A DNA stretch of 64,000 nucleotides from the NCBI GenBank assembly GCA_963770845.1, contig CAVYRC010000013.1, positions 51,628-115,627 on the forward strand, in the 5' to 3' direction. The stretch is from Candidatus Bathyarchaeota archaeon (GTDB taxonomy: Archaea; Thermoproteota; Bathyarchaeia; Bathyarchaeales; Bathycorpusculaceae). This document shows, piece after piece, positions 54,177 through 63,858 of the stretch; position 1 is the stretch's first letter, and every line of letters starts with the position of its first letter. The notes beneath the pieces were generated by a model that worked only from the letters and a program-made list of their open reading frames with translations, had not been told where the DNA came from and did no database searches. The position numbers and the translations under genes are program-made.

Positions 54177-56883
54177 TTATGGCCGTTTTTTCATCATCAC
54201 TATGGCTAGCATAACTAGCACTATAATGATTAAGACAAACAGTCCAGCAATTGCCGGTAGGAAATATTGATCAGCCATAGATTGAGCCTGTGTTGGAGCT
54301 GGTGTTGCTGTTGCTGTTGGTTCTCCTGCGTAGAATGAGGTTGAGGCTGATGTTGGCCAGTATGAGTTAGAGCCGTCGAAGCTGGCGTAGAGTGTATAGT
54401 CGCCTGAGATGTCTGGTGTCCATGTGTAACCGAATATTCCACTAGGAGTACTTACTGTGGTGCCGATTGCTCGGTAGTTGCCGTTTTGGTCAAGAACGCT
54501 CAATGTGACCGGAACGCCTGTTACGTCGGTTGGCATCGGCTGGTCCTGATAGACATGCTCCATAAATTTGCTCTGGCTTGCATCTGAGATGCATGGTACG
54601 CCGTTGGGGAAGTTCTTTGCAACTTCAGATTGTGCAACGCCTGCTGAAACATCGGTTATGCTGCCTGTGATGCGTATCGGTGTGCCAGTGGTTACTCCAA
54701 GGTCAGGGGCATTAACTGTTATCTTTGTGGGTCCCTTGCCGAAAGCGTAAATTTGGTTGTCGTAGGCGTTTAGTGATAGTAAGACGCCGTTTGCGATTGC
54801 TACTGAGCGGATGTAGGCGCCCAGTTCGCTCCAAGCCAGTGAGCCGTCGGTCATGTTTATAGCTAATAGTTGTCCTCCGTGGAAGAGTGGCGGGTTGTAT
54901 TCGTGTCCGATTGCTAGGTATGCGACTTCTGGTGTGTAGGCTTGCGAGCTGAAGACCCAGAGTGGCCAGGTGCCGTATGGTGTTTCTATGCCTGAGCCGC
55001 CGATTAGGCTGGTGGTGTTGGTGTACCACATTTCTTGGCCAGTTTTTCCGTTGTATGCCCAGATGTCTCCGCCTAAACCGAAGAGAAGCAGTGTGCCGTT
55101 AACTGGTGCGGCTTTAAAGCCAAATGTGTCGAAGGTGTTTGTAGTGCCGGAGGGAGTATCGAGGGTTGATGACCATACTTTCTGGCCGGTGCGGATATTG
55201 AAGGCGTCAATTTTGTTGTTAACCACGTTGGCTATCGCTCTGTAGCCGTCGATGTTACAGCTGGTTGTTCTGGTATAGGGTAGCAGGGATTGGTAGCCAT
55301 CTGCGTATGTGAAGTTCTTGCACATCAAGATGTCGCCTGTTGTGTCATCCATGCTAGCTAACTACCAGCCAACCGGATGTTTCGTCTCCGCCGCCTTGCA
55401 TGATGGTGTATCCGCCTGTGAGTACTACTGCGTCGCCGCCGAGTGGGTTGATTGCATCCATAGCGAGTGCTGGGCTGATGGTTTTGCCGTCTATTTCAGT
55501 GGGTACTGGTTTCGCCCACATAACACCTATACCGAAGTCAATTGCGGTATTTGCTGCTGGAGACCATCCAAAACCGTTGCCGAGTGCTTGTGAGAAGTTA
55601 AAGCAACATAGGACAGGGTGATTTGCAGTGATGTTTACTGAGTCTTTGATAGGTGCAGAGCCGAATGATGGAGCCGGACCGTAGGTGTTAATTGTTCCGA
55701 CTGTGCTATTGATGTAGTAGCCAATCAAGCTACCATATGAGTCTTCCTTGATACTCATCGATGCCCCGTTGACGATGCTTAGCACATACTGGCCAGTTTC
55801 AGCGGAGTATAGGTTGTATGTTGTGCGTCCGCCTGTACTTTGGATCAGTTTTCCGCCGGTTTCTGATGCAGGCAAGTTACCTGAGGTCCAAATGTAGGGG
55901 CCAATTACGCCGTACATGTTTGGAGTCTTCCACTGCGTCGTCATTCCGCATCTTAGGACGGAGGTTGTGTTGATTTTCCATAGTGTTTCGCCTGTGTAGA
56001 GGTCTGTGCAGACTATGCCGTTTGAGTAGCCTGTGGTTTCTGGGTAATATGTAGAATACATTTTGCCGTTCATAATTACTGGTGCATACTGTGGCCAGTA
56101 CTGTCTTGTTGACCAGTAACTGCCTGTGTCTTCGGTTCCGCCTGCGCTGCCGCCTACGACGCCGCCCGCGCCCCAGGTTTTAGTCCAGAGGATGTGTCCA
56201 GATGTTACCGATGGTGTAAAAGGGTTACATAGGCTGCTGACGTTGTATGCGCCGGTTGAGGCAAAGGTTATGGTCCCTAGTCCAAGCCAGGGTCCCATAA
56301 TCTTATACCAGTTCTGAACGTTCTGAGCTGAAACTGGTGTTTCCCAGTAGCTTGTTGGCAGTGGAGTCAATGGGTATGTCGTTTGTATTATTGGTTCTTC
56401 TTGAACGACAAGTGTGTAGACTATGCTTTCGCTTGGGTCTTCTATGAGCCCGCCATTAGTTGGTGGGCCGAATCCGAACCCTGAGCTACCCGCAGTGACT
56501 TGTCCGCCGTAGAACATTTGGAAGGCCCAATTACCAACTATGTCTGGTACGAAGCTGAAGTATGTTCCTCCGGTTGTATCGCCAGTGTATGGACCCATTG
56601 TTTTGACGTTACCGTTTGGATCGGTGATCTTAACTGTCATATTTACTGGTTGGCTGCTGTCAATGAGCGGTGTTGCCAGGTAGAAGTTGACGCTGACTGT
56701 TTGCCCGACGCCGATTGGGTTAGGTGCTACATTGATTTTTGCATAGGTTGAAATATGAGTGCCAGCTGGAATATTTTGCTGGCCGCTTGCAAATGGTAAT
56801 GGTGCTACAAATATAGAAGCTACAATGCAAATGATTAATAACGTAGTCATTGTTGCTAAAGTTTTTTTAGCATTTTTTTTCAA
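54177..56883 (-). CDS. large secreted PQQ-like beta-propeller repeat surface protein (frameshift near 55353)
   Basis: Signal peptide, repeats CTDLYTGETLW / AFNIRTGQKVW / AYNGKTGQEMW / AINMTDGSLAW, YDNQIYAFGKGP, C-terminal Ig-like domain, TM and KKRP. Confidence 0.88.
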
Positions 56884-57189
56884 TTTTGTTTTTCTCCTTA
56901 ATTTCAGTGATTTTGCTACTCTGATTTTTCAGTATTTATGTTTTGTCAGAATATCAAAAATATTGACATAAACTTCAGTATTTTCGCATTAATTCCGAAA
57001 ATATCACCATAATTTTTGTATTAATAAAAACATTACAGGTCACAGTGCAAGTTAATCCAAAATCTTCAATCTGATTTAATTACGAAGAAATAAAGTCTCC
57101 CAACCATGGTATTAATTGGAAAAATGAATTTAGGTAACCCCGAATGATATTATAAGCTCAGCCCTAAACTACACAAGTCATCAATACGG

Positions 57190-58171
57190 ATGGATAGTAA
57201 TAGATAAAGAAATTGACGAGATTGACGCTAGAATTATAGAAAATCTACTGGCAGATGCAAGAAAAAGTTTTATTGAAATTGCACAGGAATGTAATTTATC
57301 CGTTACTACAATATGGGAACGCTTTAGGAAACTTGCAAATGCAGGAATAATCACCGGTTCAACTATTCTAGTAAATCACAGAGTTTTGGGTAGCAAGATG
57401 ACATGTAGTGTTATAGTGGCTGTCTATAAAAATGAAATCAAACATGTCTTTGAATATATTCAAAAACTGCCTTTCAAAATAGTGTTATTATATCAAGATC
57501 CAAAAAATCGCATTGGTCTTATTGTTGGTCTGTGTCACCCAGATGACCTAGGAAAGTTGAAAGAAAGCATAAAAAGGAACACGTTTGTTACCGATGTAAG
57601 GATTGACGTTTGGACTGGCATTAAGAATCTAATTTCGAATGTGGAGATAGGACAACAACAAGGTAATAAAAAAAGTAACATTGAACTATTTGAAGAACAT
57701 ATCATTGAAGGGTATGACTTAGACGACATTGACTATCGACTGATTGATGCTTTAATTCTGAATAGTATGCAGCCATTTGGCAAACTTTCAGAACAGATAG
57801 GCATTTCAGTCAACACCGTATCGAGAAGGTACAAGAGATTGATCGATTGTGGTGTAATTAAATCTACAATTCAAGTCAATGTTCTCAAACTTGGCTATTG
57901 TGCAAATGTCAGTTTTGCCTTGTCTTTTTCGTCCCAAGTTGACCCAAGTGACTTGATAAAAGAAGTTCTAGCAATAAAAAATAATTATTTAACAATAAAA
58001 GTAAGTGGTCCATACGATTTGATTATTCATGTACTATTAAGAGACCTCAATCAATTACTTCTTACCCAGAAACAGATTGCAGATTTACCCGGGATATCAA
58101 GGTTTGAAATGCTGATATATCCTGCTATTCCACCGTGGCCCGTCAGCGGCGGTTATATATCGACATTTTAG
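57190..58171 (+). CDS. double-length Lrp/AsnC regulator (two HTH-RAM units)
   Basis: In-frame from ~57203 IDEIDARIIENLLADARKSF.EIA and second LDDIDYRLI...FGKLSEQIGIS; start uncertain (ATG 57190 out of frame). Confidence 0.85.
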
Positions 58172-58286
58172 TTTACCTTCAACCGATTACATTCCTTCTT
58201 TCATATCTCATTATCCTCCTTGCAGAGCGCTCATAATGTTGTAATTTATGCCCAATATTGCAAAATAACCTCAAATTAAGGTTATT

Positions 58287-58393
58287 TGGTGCCGAGGGCA
58301 GGGTTTGAACATGCGACGACTCGGTCTTCAGCTTCGCCCTCAGTCACGATAAGTAACTGGGTCGAGCGCTCTCCCAGGCTGAGCTACCTCGGC
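58287..58393 (-). tRNA. tRNA-Phe(GAA) with 30-nt non-canonical intron (58333-58362, position 30/31), CCA encoded
   Basis: GCCGAGG acceptor, GCTC/GAGC D arm, CTCG^G-CTGAAGA-CCGAG after splicing, TTCAAA T loop, ACCA end; BHB-like junction. Confidence 0.92.
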
Positions 58394-58487
58394 ACACATT
58401 TGGAAACCAACTCAATTTTTGAGAGCGCTATTAAGTCAATGCACCACATGTTTATTTACGTTTTTGTATGAATAAGGTCATAGGAAT

Positions 58488-59105
58488 TTAGAAGGTTAAT
58501 TTGTTGTAGTGCTTAGGGTTTGAAAACCCTATTTTGTCTATCCATAGCTTGAGCATTTCAGAACCATACAATGCAACATGGTATCCCTCTTTGATATCGC
58601 CACGTAATCGAGCTCTGAAACCATTCTGTTGTAAAACTTCACTTAATTGGTTCGCTAGTACGTTACTGCACGTTCTAAGTTCAATTGTTGGGTAGATTGG
58701 GGCGGTATAGGTTTTCTTGCTGAAGAACAATGTGCCATCTGTATCCATTATCCCACGTATCGTCCATTTGCAATGAAACCACCCTTCGTTTAGTATCAAA
58801 GCGGGGATTGTTACTGTATGAGATTTTCCATTTCCTGTTGGAATGCCTATGTTTTGAAGTAACCTGTAGGCATCTTTTGACTGAAGACGCCACCTTAACC
58901 CTCTTTGATGAGTTCTTAAGGAATACGGTTTCTTTCCAAACAGATTATTGGAAATGAATGAAAGATAGTTGAAGTAATCAACGTCTAGTTTTGGGTCGCC
59001 AGTTAATTCAACCCTGTAACGTGAACCATCCGTCCATAAATTACCATTTCCAATCATTGCTCCGACGAATTCGCAAAGTTCAGGATCAATTTTAATGACC
59101 GTCAT
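58488..59105 (-). CDS. free-standing two-motif LAGLIDADG homing-endonuclease-like protein
   Basis: ELCEFVGAMIGNG and WTIRGIMDTDG motifs, IGFSNPKH tail; no intein splice residues. Confidence 0.85.
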   Translation of the reverse strand: MTVIKIDPELCEFVGAMIGNGNLWTDGSRYRVELTGDPKLDVDYFNYLSFISNNLFGKKPYSLRTHQRGLRWRLQSKDAYRLLQNIGIPTGNGKSHTVTIPALILNEGWFHCKWTIRGIMDTDGTLFFSKKTYTAPIYPTIELRTCSNVLANQLSEVLQQNGFRARLRGDIKEGYHVALYGSEMLKLWIDKIGFSNPKHYNKLTF

Positions 59106-59322
59106 CACTGCAACGTTGAAGTTACCTATATTTGAAATATGCTCTACAAACAGGATTCTAGAATCCATGTGTACAATAGCAATTGGTCAAGTGCTTTTCA
59201 AAGCTGAGATGTACTGAAAACCTGAGTGCGAATTAATCACGTTTACTTAATAATTTCCGAAGACGTTTACAACTCTTAACGGAATATTGTGTGGGCTCTT
59301 GAAAAAAAAGAATAATTAATGT

Positions 59323-59895
59323 TTAATAATTTTCTGTCCAGACTTCAAAGTAAGCTTTTGGGTGAGCGCATGTTGGGCACTTTTCTGGTGCTGAAGTCCC
59401 TTCAATTACTAAACCGCAGTTCCTGCATTTCCATTTAGTCGGTGCATCCTTCACAAACACTTTACCGTTCTGCAGACTCTCAACCAGTTTGTTGTAACGA
59501 CGTTCATGGTAGGCTTCAACTTTGGCAACACTCCGAAAAGTCCAAGCTACATCCTTGAAACCTTCTTTTTCAGCGATGTCGCCAAAGCTAGGGTAAATTG
59601 ACCCCCACTCAGCTTTCTCGCCGGCGGCTGCAGCCTTAAGATTCTCAACGGTTGCGCTCATAACACCCGCGGGGTAAGTTGCTTTAATCTCAACCATTCC
59701 GCCTTTGAGGTGTTTAAAGAAAAGCTCCGCATGCTCCTTTTCGTTGGCAGCGGTCTCCTCGAAGATTGCGCCAATTTGCTCATATCCTTCTTTTTTGGCT
59801 ATGCTCGCAAAGAATGTGTAGCGGTTACGTGCTTGGGATTCCCCTGCAAATGCAGTTAAAAGGTTTTTTTCTGTTTGACTTCCAATAAAATCCAT
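59323..59895 (-). CDS. rbr: rubrerythrin
   Basis: AFAGESQARNRY, EKEH, EAYH, WKCRNCG...CPTCAHP. Confidence 0.95.
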   Translation of the reverse strand: MDFIGSQTEKNLLTAFAGESQARNRYTFFASIAKKEGYEQIGAIFEETAANEKEHAELFFKHLKGGMVEIKATYPAGVMSATVENLKAAAAGEKAEWGSIYPSFGDIAEKEGFKDVAWTFRSVAKVEAYHERRYNKLVESLQNGKVFVKDAPTKWKCRNCGLVIEGTSAPEKCPTCAHPKAYFEVWTENY

Positions 59896-60000
59896 ACGAT
59901 TTAACTCCTACCTTTTGATATCTAAAACTGAAATAAAAGTGTTCCCAGCTTCTTCTTTTTAGATGTCAATGCTTTTATTTTCCATCCACGCATTAGTTGT

Positions 60001-60071
60001 TTTGCCGAATGATGAGAAGGCATTAGATTGACAATTGTTGGATGAAAATTCAGAGTTACTCAGACGGCAAA
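60001..60071 (+). ncRNA. box C/D 2'-O-methylation guide sRNA
   Basis: Terminal stem TTTGCCG/CGGCAAA, C box ATGATGA (60009-15), D' TTGA (60028-31), C' TGGATGA (60039-45), D CAGA (60061-64); 12- and 15-nt guides. Confidence 0.8.
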
Positions 60072-60255
60072 GGGTGAATAACTTTATGGGTGTGGTAACC
60101 CGTAAGGTTATTCACCTGAAGGAATCTCTTAAATAAAGACCAAATGAGAAAGTTCACAAGAGACTACAAATTATCTAACAGTTCCCCAAAAAATTCTTTT
60201 TAGCCTAAATATTAGAATGGGACACCATAATATTTTCATTAAGAAAATTTCCAAC

Positions 60256-60552
60256 TTAAGATGACGACAAACTGCTGTTTTTTGTATTTTCTTTCTTATT
60301 GAATTCTTCAACCATGTGTTTAACTTTCTTTTCGAGCTGTAACTCGTAAGCGTGCTCGGGAACCATAGGCGGCAAAGTATCTTTCTTAATCACATCAACG
60401 GGCTGCACAATTCGTCTTTCTCCTGCTTTAACAGGTACTTTTTCGCCCTCAATGCAATCCTTGAAATCTTCCAGAGCCTCCACAATCCAGTAGCCTTCAC
60501 TTTCTGTAACAACCTTGACCTTGTACAATCCCTTATAGTAAAACTCGCTCAT
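60256..60552 (-). CDS. conserved-looking hypothetical protein
   Basis: 98-aa ORF from ATG 60552 with normal composition. Confidence 0.7.
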   Translation of the reverse strand: MSEFYYKGLYKVKVVTESEGYWIVEALEDFKDCIEGEKVPVKAGERRIVQPVDVIKKDTLPPMVPEHAYELQLEKKVKHMVEEFNKKENTKNSSLSSS

Positions 60553-61044
60553 GAAAACCCGCAACTATTACTAATTTGGTTTTAAAGTAAATAACTCTTA
60601 CTCGACAATCAGGCTTGTGTTCAGAAAGAGGATGCTAAAACTGTTTTCATTGCTTCTTCGAAACCTCGAAGACGTCGAAAATCTTGTCGTCCTCCTCAAA
60701 ACGTTCAATTAACTGTTTTCCTATTTGTCAAAGCGCTTCTTCGACGTTCGAAAAATCAATATCCCCTTATCCTCAAGCGATGGAACCTGAAGATACGTGT
60801 CGTGCTGGGGAGCATCCAACAAGTAGAGTTGTTTTAGTGAAACAGCAAAGGGCACTGACTGTTTTTCTTGGCTATCTTGTAGAATGTGTTGAGCGGTCAA
60901 TGTCTGAGATCCAAACTCGGCAACATGATACCGTCAACTTGTAATGCCACTTGCCCAAGTTTCGCTTCAACTTCACTTCGTTGGAGACAATTGCCCATGT
61001 CATGTTGCTGCTTCAGTCACAACTGCCCTGGTTCAGTTGTCCTT

Positions 61045-62742
61045 CTATTGTTTTTTCTGTTTCTTGCAAATATCAGATATCGCCCGAAGCATTGGTGGAG
61101 GTGTAAAGATGCTGAAAACCCGCGTGTACTTGGGTGCGCCCGCTTCGTTCACTCTGGCTATGCTTCCGCCGCCTCTCAAGTATCCATCTATGAATGCTCT
61201 GGCAACCGATTCAGCTTTAACATTGCTAACAAACGGTTGAAGATAATACCCACTATAATAAAGAAACACTGCTATATCCCAAGCTTCGTCGCCGTCTTGA
61301 GTTGCTTGCTCAAAGTCAATGAGGAAAATGTTACCGTCCTTGGTGATTAGGGTGTTATCTGGCTTAGTATCGCCTAAAGAAACATTGTGAGAATGAACTT
61401 TTGCAAATATCTCACCAACTCTGGCAATATTAACGAGTACACCTTCGAGGGCTACTGGATCGGTTGCTGTCGCTAATTGTTTAATGGAGTCACTAAGGTT
61501 TTCCCCATCTATGTACTCCATAAATACTATTCGCTCAGCATTGCTGACATGTAAAATCTTAGGAACATTAAACCCTTTACTATGTAGAAGTTCGCTAATC
61601 GCGAACTCCTTTGCTAGCCGGGCTTGACCTGAAACCGTAAATGACCTAGCTCTAAAAGACCATACCGTTAATGGGAACCATTTTAGCCCGGACCAATCCT
61701 TAAATCGTTTAGCTATAACTTTGGTGGCGCCGCTTTTGCCGTAAGCATTGATTAGGTATACATCGTTTAGCATACTGCCGAGGTGTTGTACTTCGATGTT
61801 TTCGTTCTGTCCTTTAGGAAGCATTTTTTTTGCAAAGCTTTTGATGTCAATCTTATCGGACAATGAAACTAGCCCTTTAGAGGTTGGGAAGAAAACGTAT
61901 TTCAGAGGATCGATGAAACGGAGGGTTGGGTCAGGCTGCCTTTTCCAATTGATCTTTTGTGTTCTAAGAAAGTCATCTGTGTTTTGGGAAACGATGTTAA
62001 TGAGTTGGGGAACCGCACTGAAAATTGACGTAAAAAGTGTTCGGGGCATGCTCTTAGATAAGTTGATTATTTTGATTTTTGGAGCTTTGGTTTGTGCGAT
62101 GAATTTTTCAGAAATTGTTAGATAATCGTTTGAGGAGACGATTTTTTCTTCTAATTCAATCTGTTTTAGGGCTTCGTTGTAACCGCTGAGAGCTTGCTCT
62201 TCGTTTTCCTGAAGATAGTTCATCAAGTTTGCAAGGTCGTAGGCTTTTGGGGGGAAGATTCGGATCCGATTAGAAAATACCTCGTACATGAAGTATTGTG
62301 GTTTGATTTGGATACGGTGGGAGAGTTCAGGAAAATTCACTGTTAAATTCTCAAGTAACTCAAGGATTAGGCGCTTCTTTAGTTCAACCTCTTTTTCCTG
62401 CAAGTATCCATTACCTTGAAGAGATAAATAAGGAAAAATAAGCTTACTTGCAATAGCCTCTCCAAGAAAACCCTTGTCGACATCGCGTTCAAAAACCCAC
62501 TGGTCAACTGCTAAAACAAAAATTGTCTTGTTATTTACAGTTTTCAGATACCGCATCAGTCTAGGCTGGAAATCCTGGATAACCACTATTATCTCTTGGA
62601 TTGTGCGTTCGTTTGATGTCTTTATCGAATAATTTTCTAATAGAGAGATGGCGGCTATTTTAGATGACCCAGCAATATGTCTGCAAAACTTTAGAGTTTG
62701 ACTGTTTAACTCGAAGGCTTCGTTGCTGGTTATTTGCTTCAA
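61045..62742 (-). CDS. degenerate nucleotidyltransferase-like domain fused to Kdo/Bud32/RIO-like kinase
   Basis: C-terminal VIAKRF, E, FMEYIDG, H...LGDTKPDN, IDFEQA, WDIA. Confidence 0.75.
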   Translation of the reverse strand: MKQITSNEAFELNSQTLKFCRHIAGSSKIAAISLLENYSIKTSNERTIQEIIVVIQDFQPRLMRYLKTVNNKTIFVLAVDQWVFERDVDKGFLGEAIASKLIFPYLSLQGNGYLQEKEVELKKRLILELLENLTVNFPELSHRIQIKPQYFMYEVFSNRIRIFPPKAYDLANLMNYLQENEEQALSGYNEALKQIELEEKIVSSNDYLTISEKFIAQTKAPKIKIINLSKSMPRTLFTSIFSAVPQLINIVSQNTDDFLRTQKINWKRQPDPTLRFIDPLKYVFFPTSKGLVSLSDKIDIKSFAKKMLPKGQNENIEVQHLGSMLNDVYLINAYGKSGATKVIAKRFKDWSGLKWFPLTVWSFRARSFTVSGQARLAKEFAISELLHSKGFNVPKILHVSNAERIVFMEYIDGENLSDSIKQLATATDPVALEGVLVNIARVGEIFAKVHSHNVSLGDTKPDNTLITKDGNIFLIDFEQATQDGDEAWDIAVFLYYSGYYLQPFVSNVKAESVARAFIDGYLRGGGSIARVNEAGAPKYTRVFSIFTPPPMLRAISDICKKQKKQ

Positions 62743-62882
62743 CTGAACACCGACGCTTTAACATAGCAATTGCGTATAGGTGTATTTAAAACAGGTTTAT
62801 GGACTATCGTTAACGGTGCCTATTATTTATGTTCGAATGAAGTAACCAAACTTGTGGCAAGAGCCAGTGGATTTTCTAGTTT

Positions 62883-63287
62883 CTACGGTACTTCTAAGGT
62901 TAAGCCGTTTCTGCATTTTGTGGTTATCATACTAAGGGTTGGTTGTGTTATCTCTGGGGTTGTAGTTGATATTTTCCTGCAGATCATGTTAAGCGAGTCT
63001 TCGGTGTAGTTCAACATGTTTTGTCCATCTTTTGTGAGGCTATAAACTTTTCTTGGGCGTTCAAAATTCATGTCCCAGTGGCTGTCTACGTAGCCTTTCT
63101 TTTCTAGGGTGCCCATTAATGGGTATATGGTGCTTGGTCCGAAGTATACGCCGAAGTTTTTGCGGATTTTAGTGATGACTTGGTAGCCGTGCATAGGTTC
63201 GGTGCTTAGGAATTGGAGTATTATTAGATCTAGGAGCCCCTTCATTAGTTTGGTTGAGGCTTCTTTTTGTGAGCTTGGTTTAAACAT
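62883..63287 (-). CDS. PadR-family transcriptional regulator
   Basis: KGLLDLIIL...PMHGY, STIYP....LEKKG, RPRKVYSLT. Confidence 0.92.
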   Translation of the reverse strand: MFKPSSQKEASTKLMKGLLDLIILQFLSTEPMHGYQVITKIRKNFGVYFGPSTIYPLMGTLEKKGYVDSHWDMNFERPRKVYSLTKDGQNMLNYTEDSLNMICRKISTTTPEITQPTLSMITTKCRNGLTLEVP

Positions 63288-63345
63288 TTTTTTTCTTCCT
63301 GAATTGTATTTTTGTTGAACAGTCTTTCTGTTGTTCGTGTGTACA

Positions 63346-63367
63346 ATATGTCCATATTCGGACATAT
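63346..63367. promoter_or_regulatory. candidate PadR operator
   Basis: Perfect inverted repeat ATATGTCC-N6-GGACATAT (ATGT-N10-ACAT) between divergent padR genes. Confidence 0.55.
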
Positions 63368-63537
63368 CTTGGCGTGTATTGAGTACTTAGTATTACTACA
63401 CCCAGATTTAAACCCTGACACATACACCAAGCATATCCAAACATAACTACGTAATACCACAACCAAACAAAGTTAACATAACTTAAATAAATCCAAACAT
63501 CAACCCATAAACAAACAATTCCAAACAAGGCAACCCA

Positions 63538-63858
63538 ATGTGTGAAACATTAAAAAAACAAATTGTACAACACATAATCAGAAATCTATTAGACATCCAA
63601 CTCCTACGCATTATTCAGGCCCAACCAACATGGGGATACAAAATTAAAAAGCAGGTAGAAACAGACTTCAACGTAAAACTTCGACATGGAGCCCTCTACC
63701 CCACGCTAAGCAACCTTGAAGAAAAAGGCCTTGTTGAAAGCATTAAACAGCAGAAAGGAGGGCGCGCCAGAAAAGTGTATACGATAACTGAAAACGGCAA
63801 AATCTACCTACAAACTTACTACAGTATTCTTCAAGGACAACTTGAAAGCAACAAGTAA
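63538..63858 (+). CDS. PadR-family transcriptional regulator
   Basis: PTWGY, GALYPTL..LEEKG, RARKVYTIT. Confidence 0.92.
   Translation: MCETLKKQIVQHIIRNLLDIQLLRIIQAQPTWGYKIKKQVETDFNVKLRHGALYPTLSNLEEKGLVESIKQQKGGRARKVYTITENGKIYLQTYYSILQGQLESNK

Noticed and set aside
58286-58471. 61-aa ORF MVPRAGFEHAT
   Set aside because: Antisense translation of the tRNA-Phe gene.
60600-61350. ORFs 60684-60944, 60886-61350, 60944-61240
   Set aside because: Antisense to the kinase gene or lacking any motif; possible decayed minus-strand gene but unassignable.
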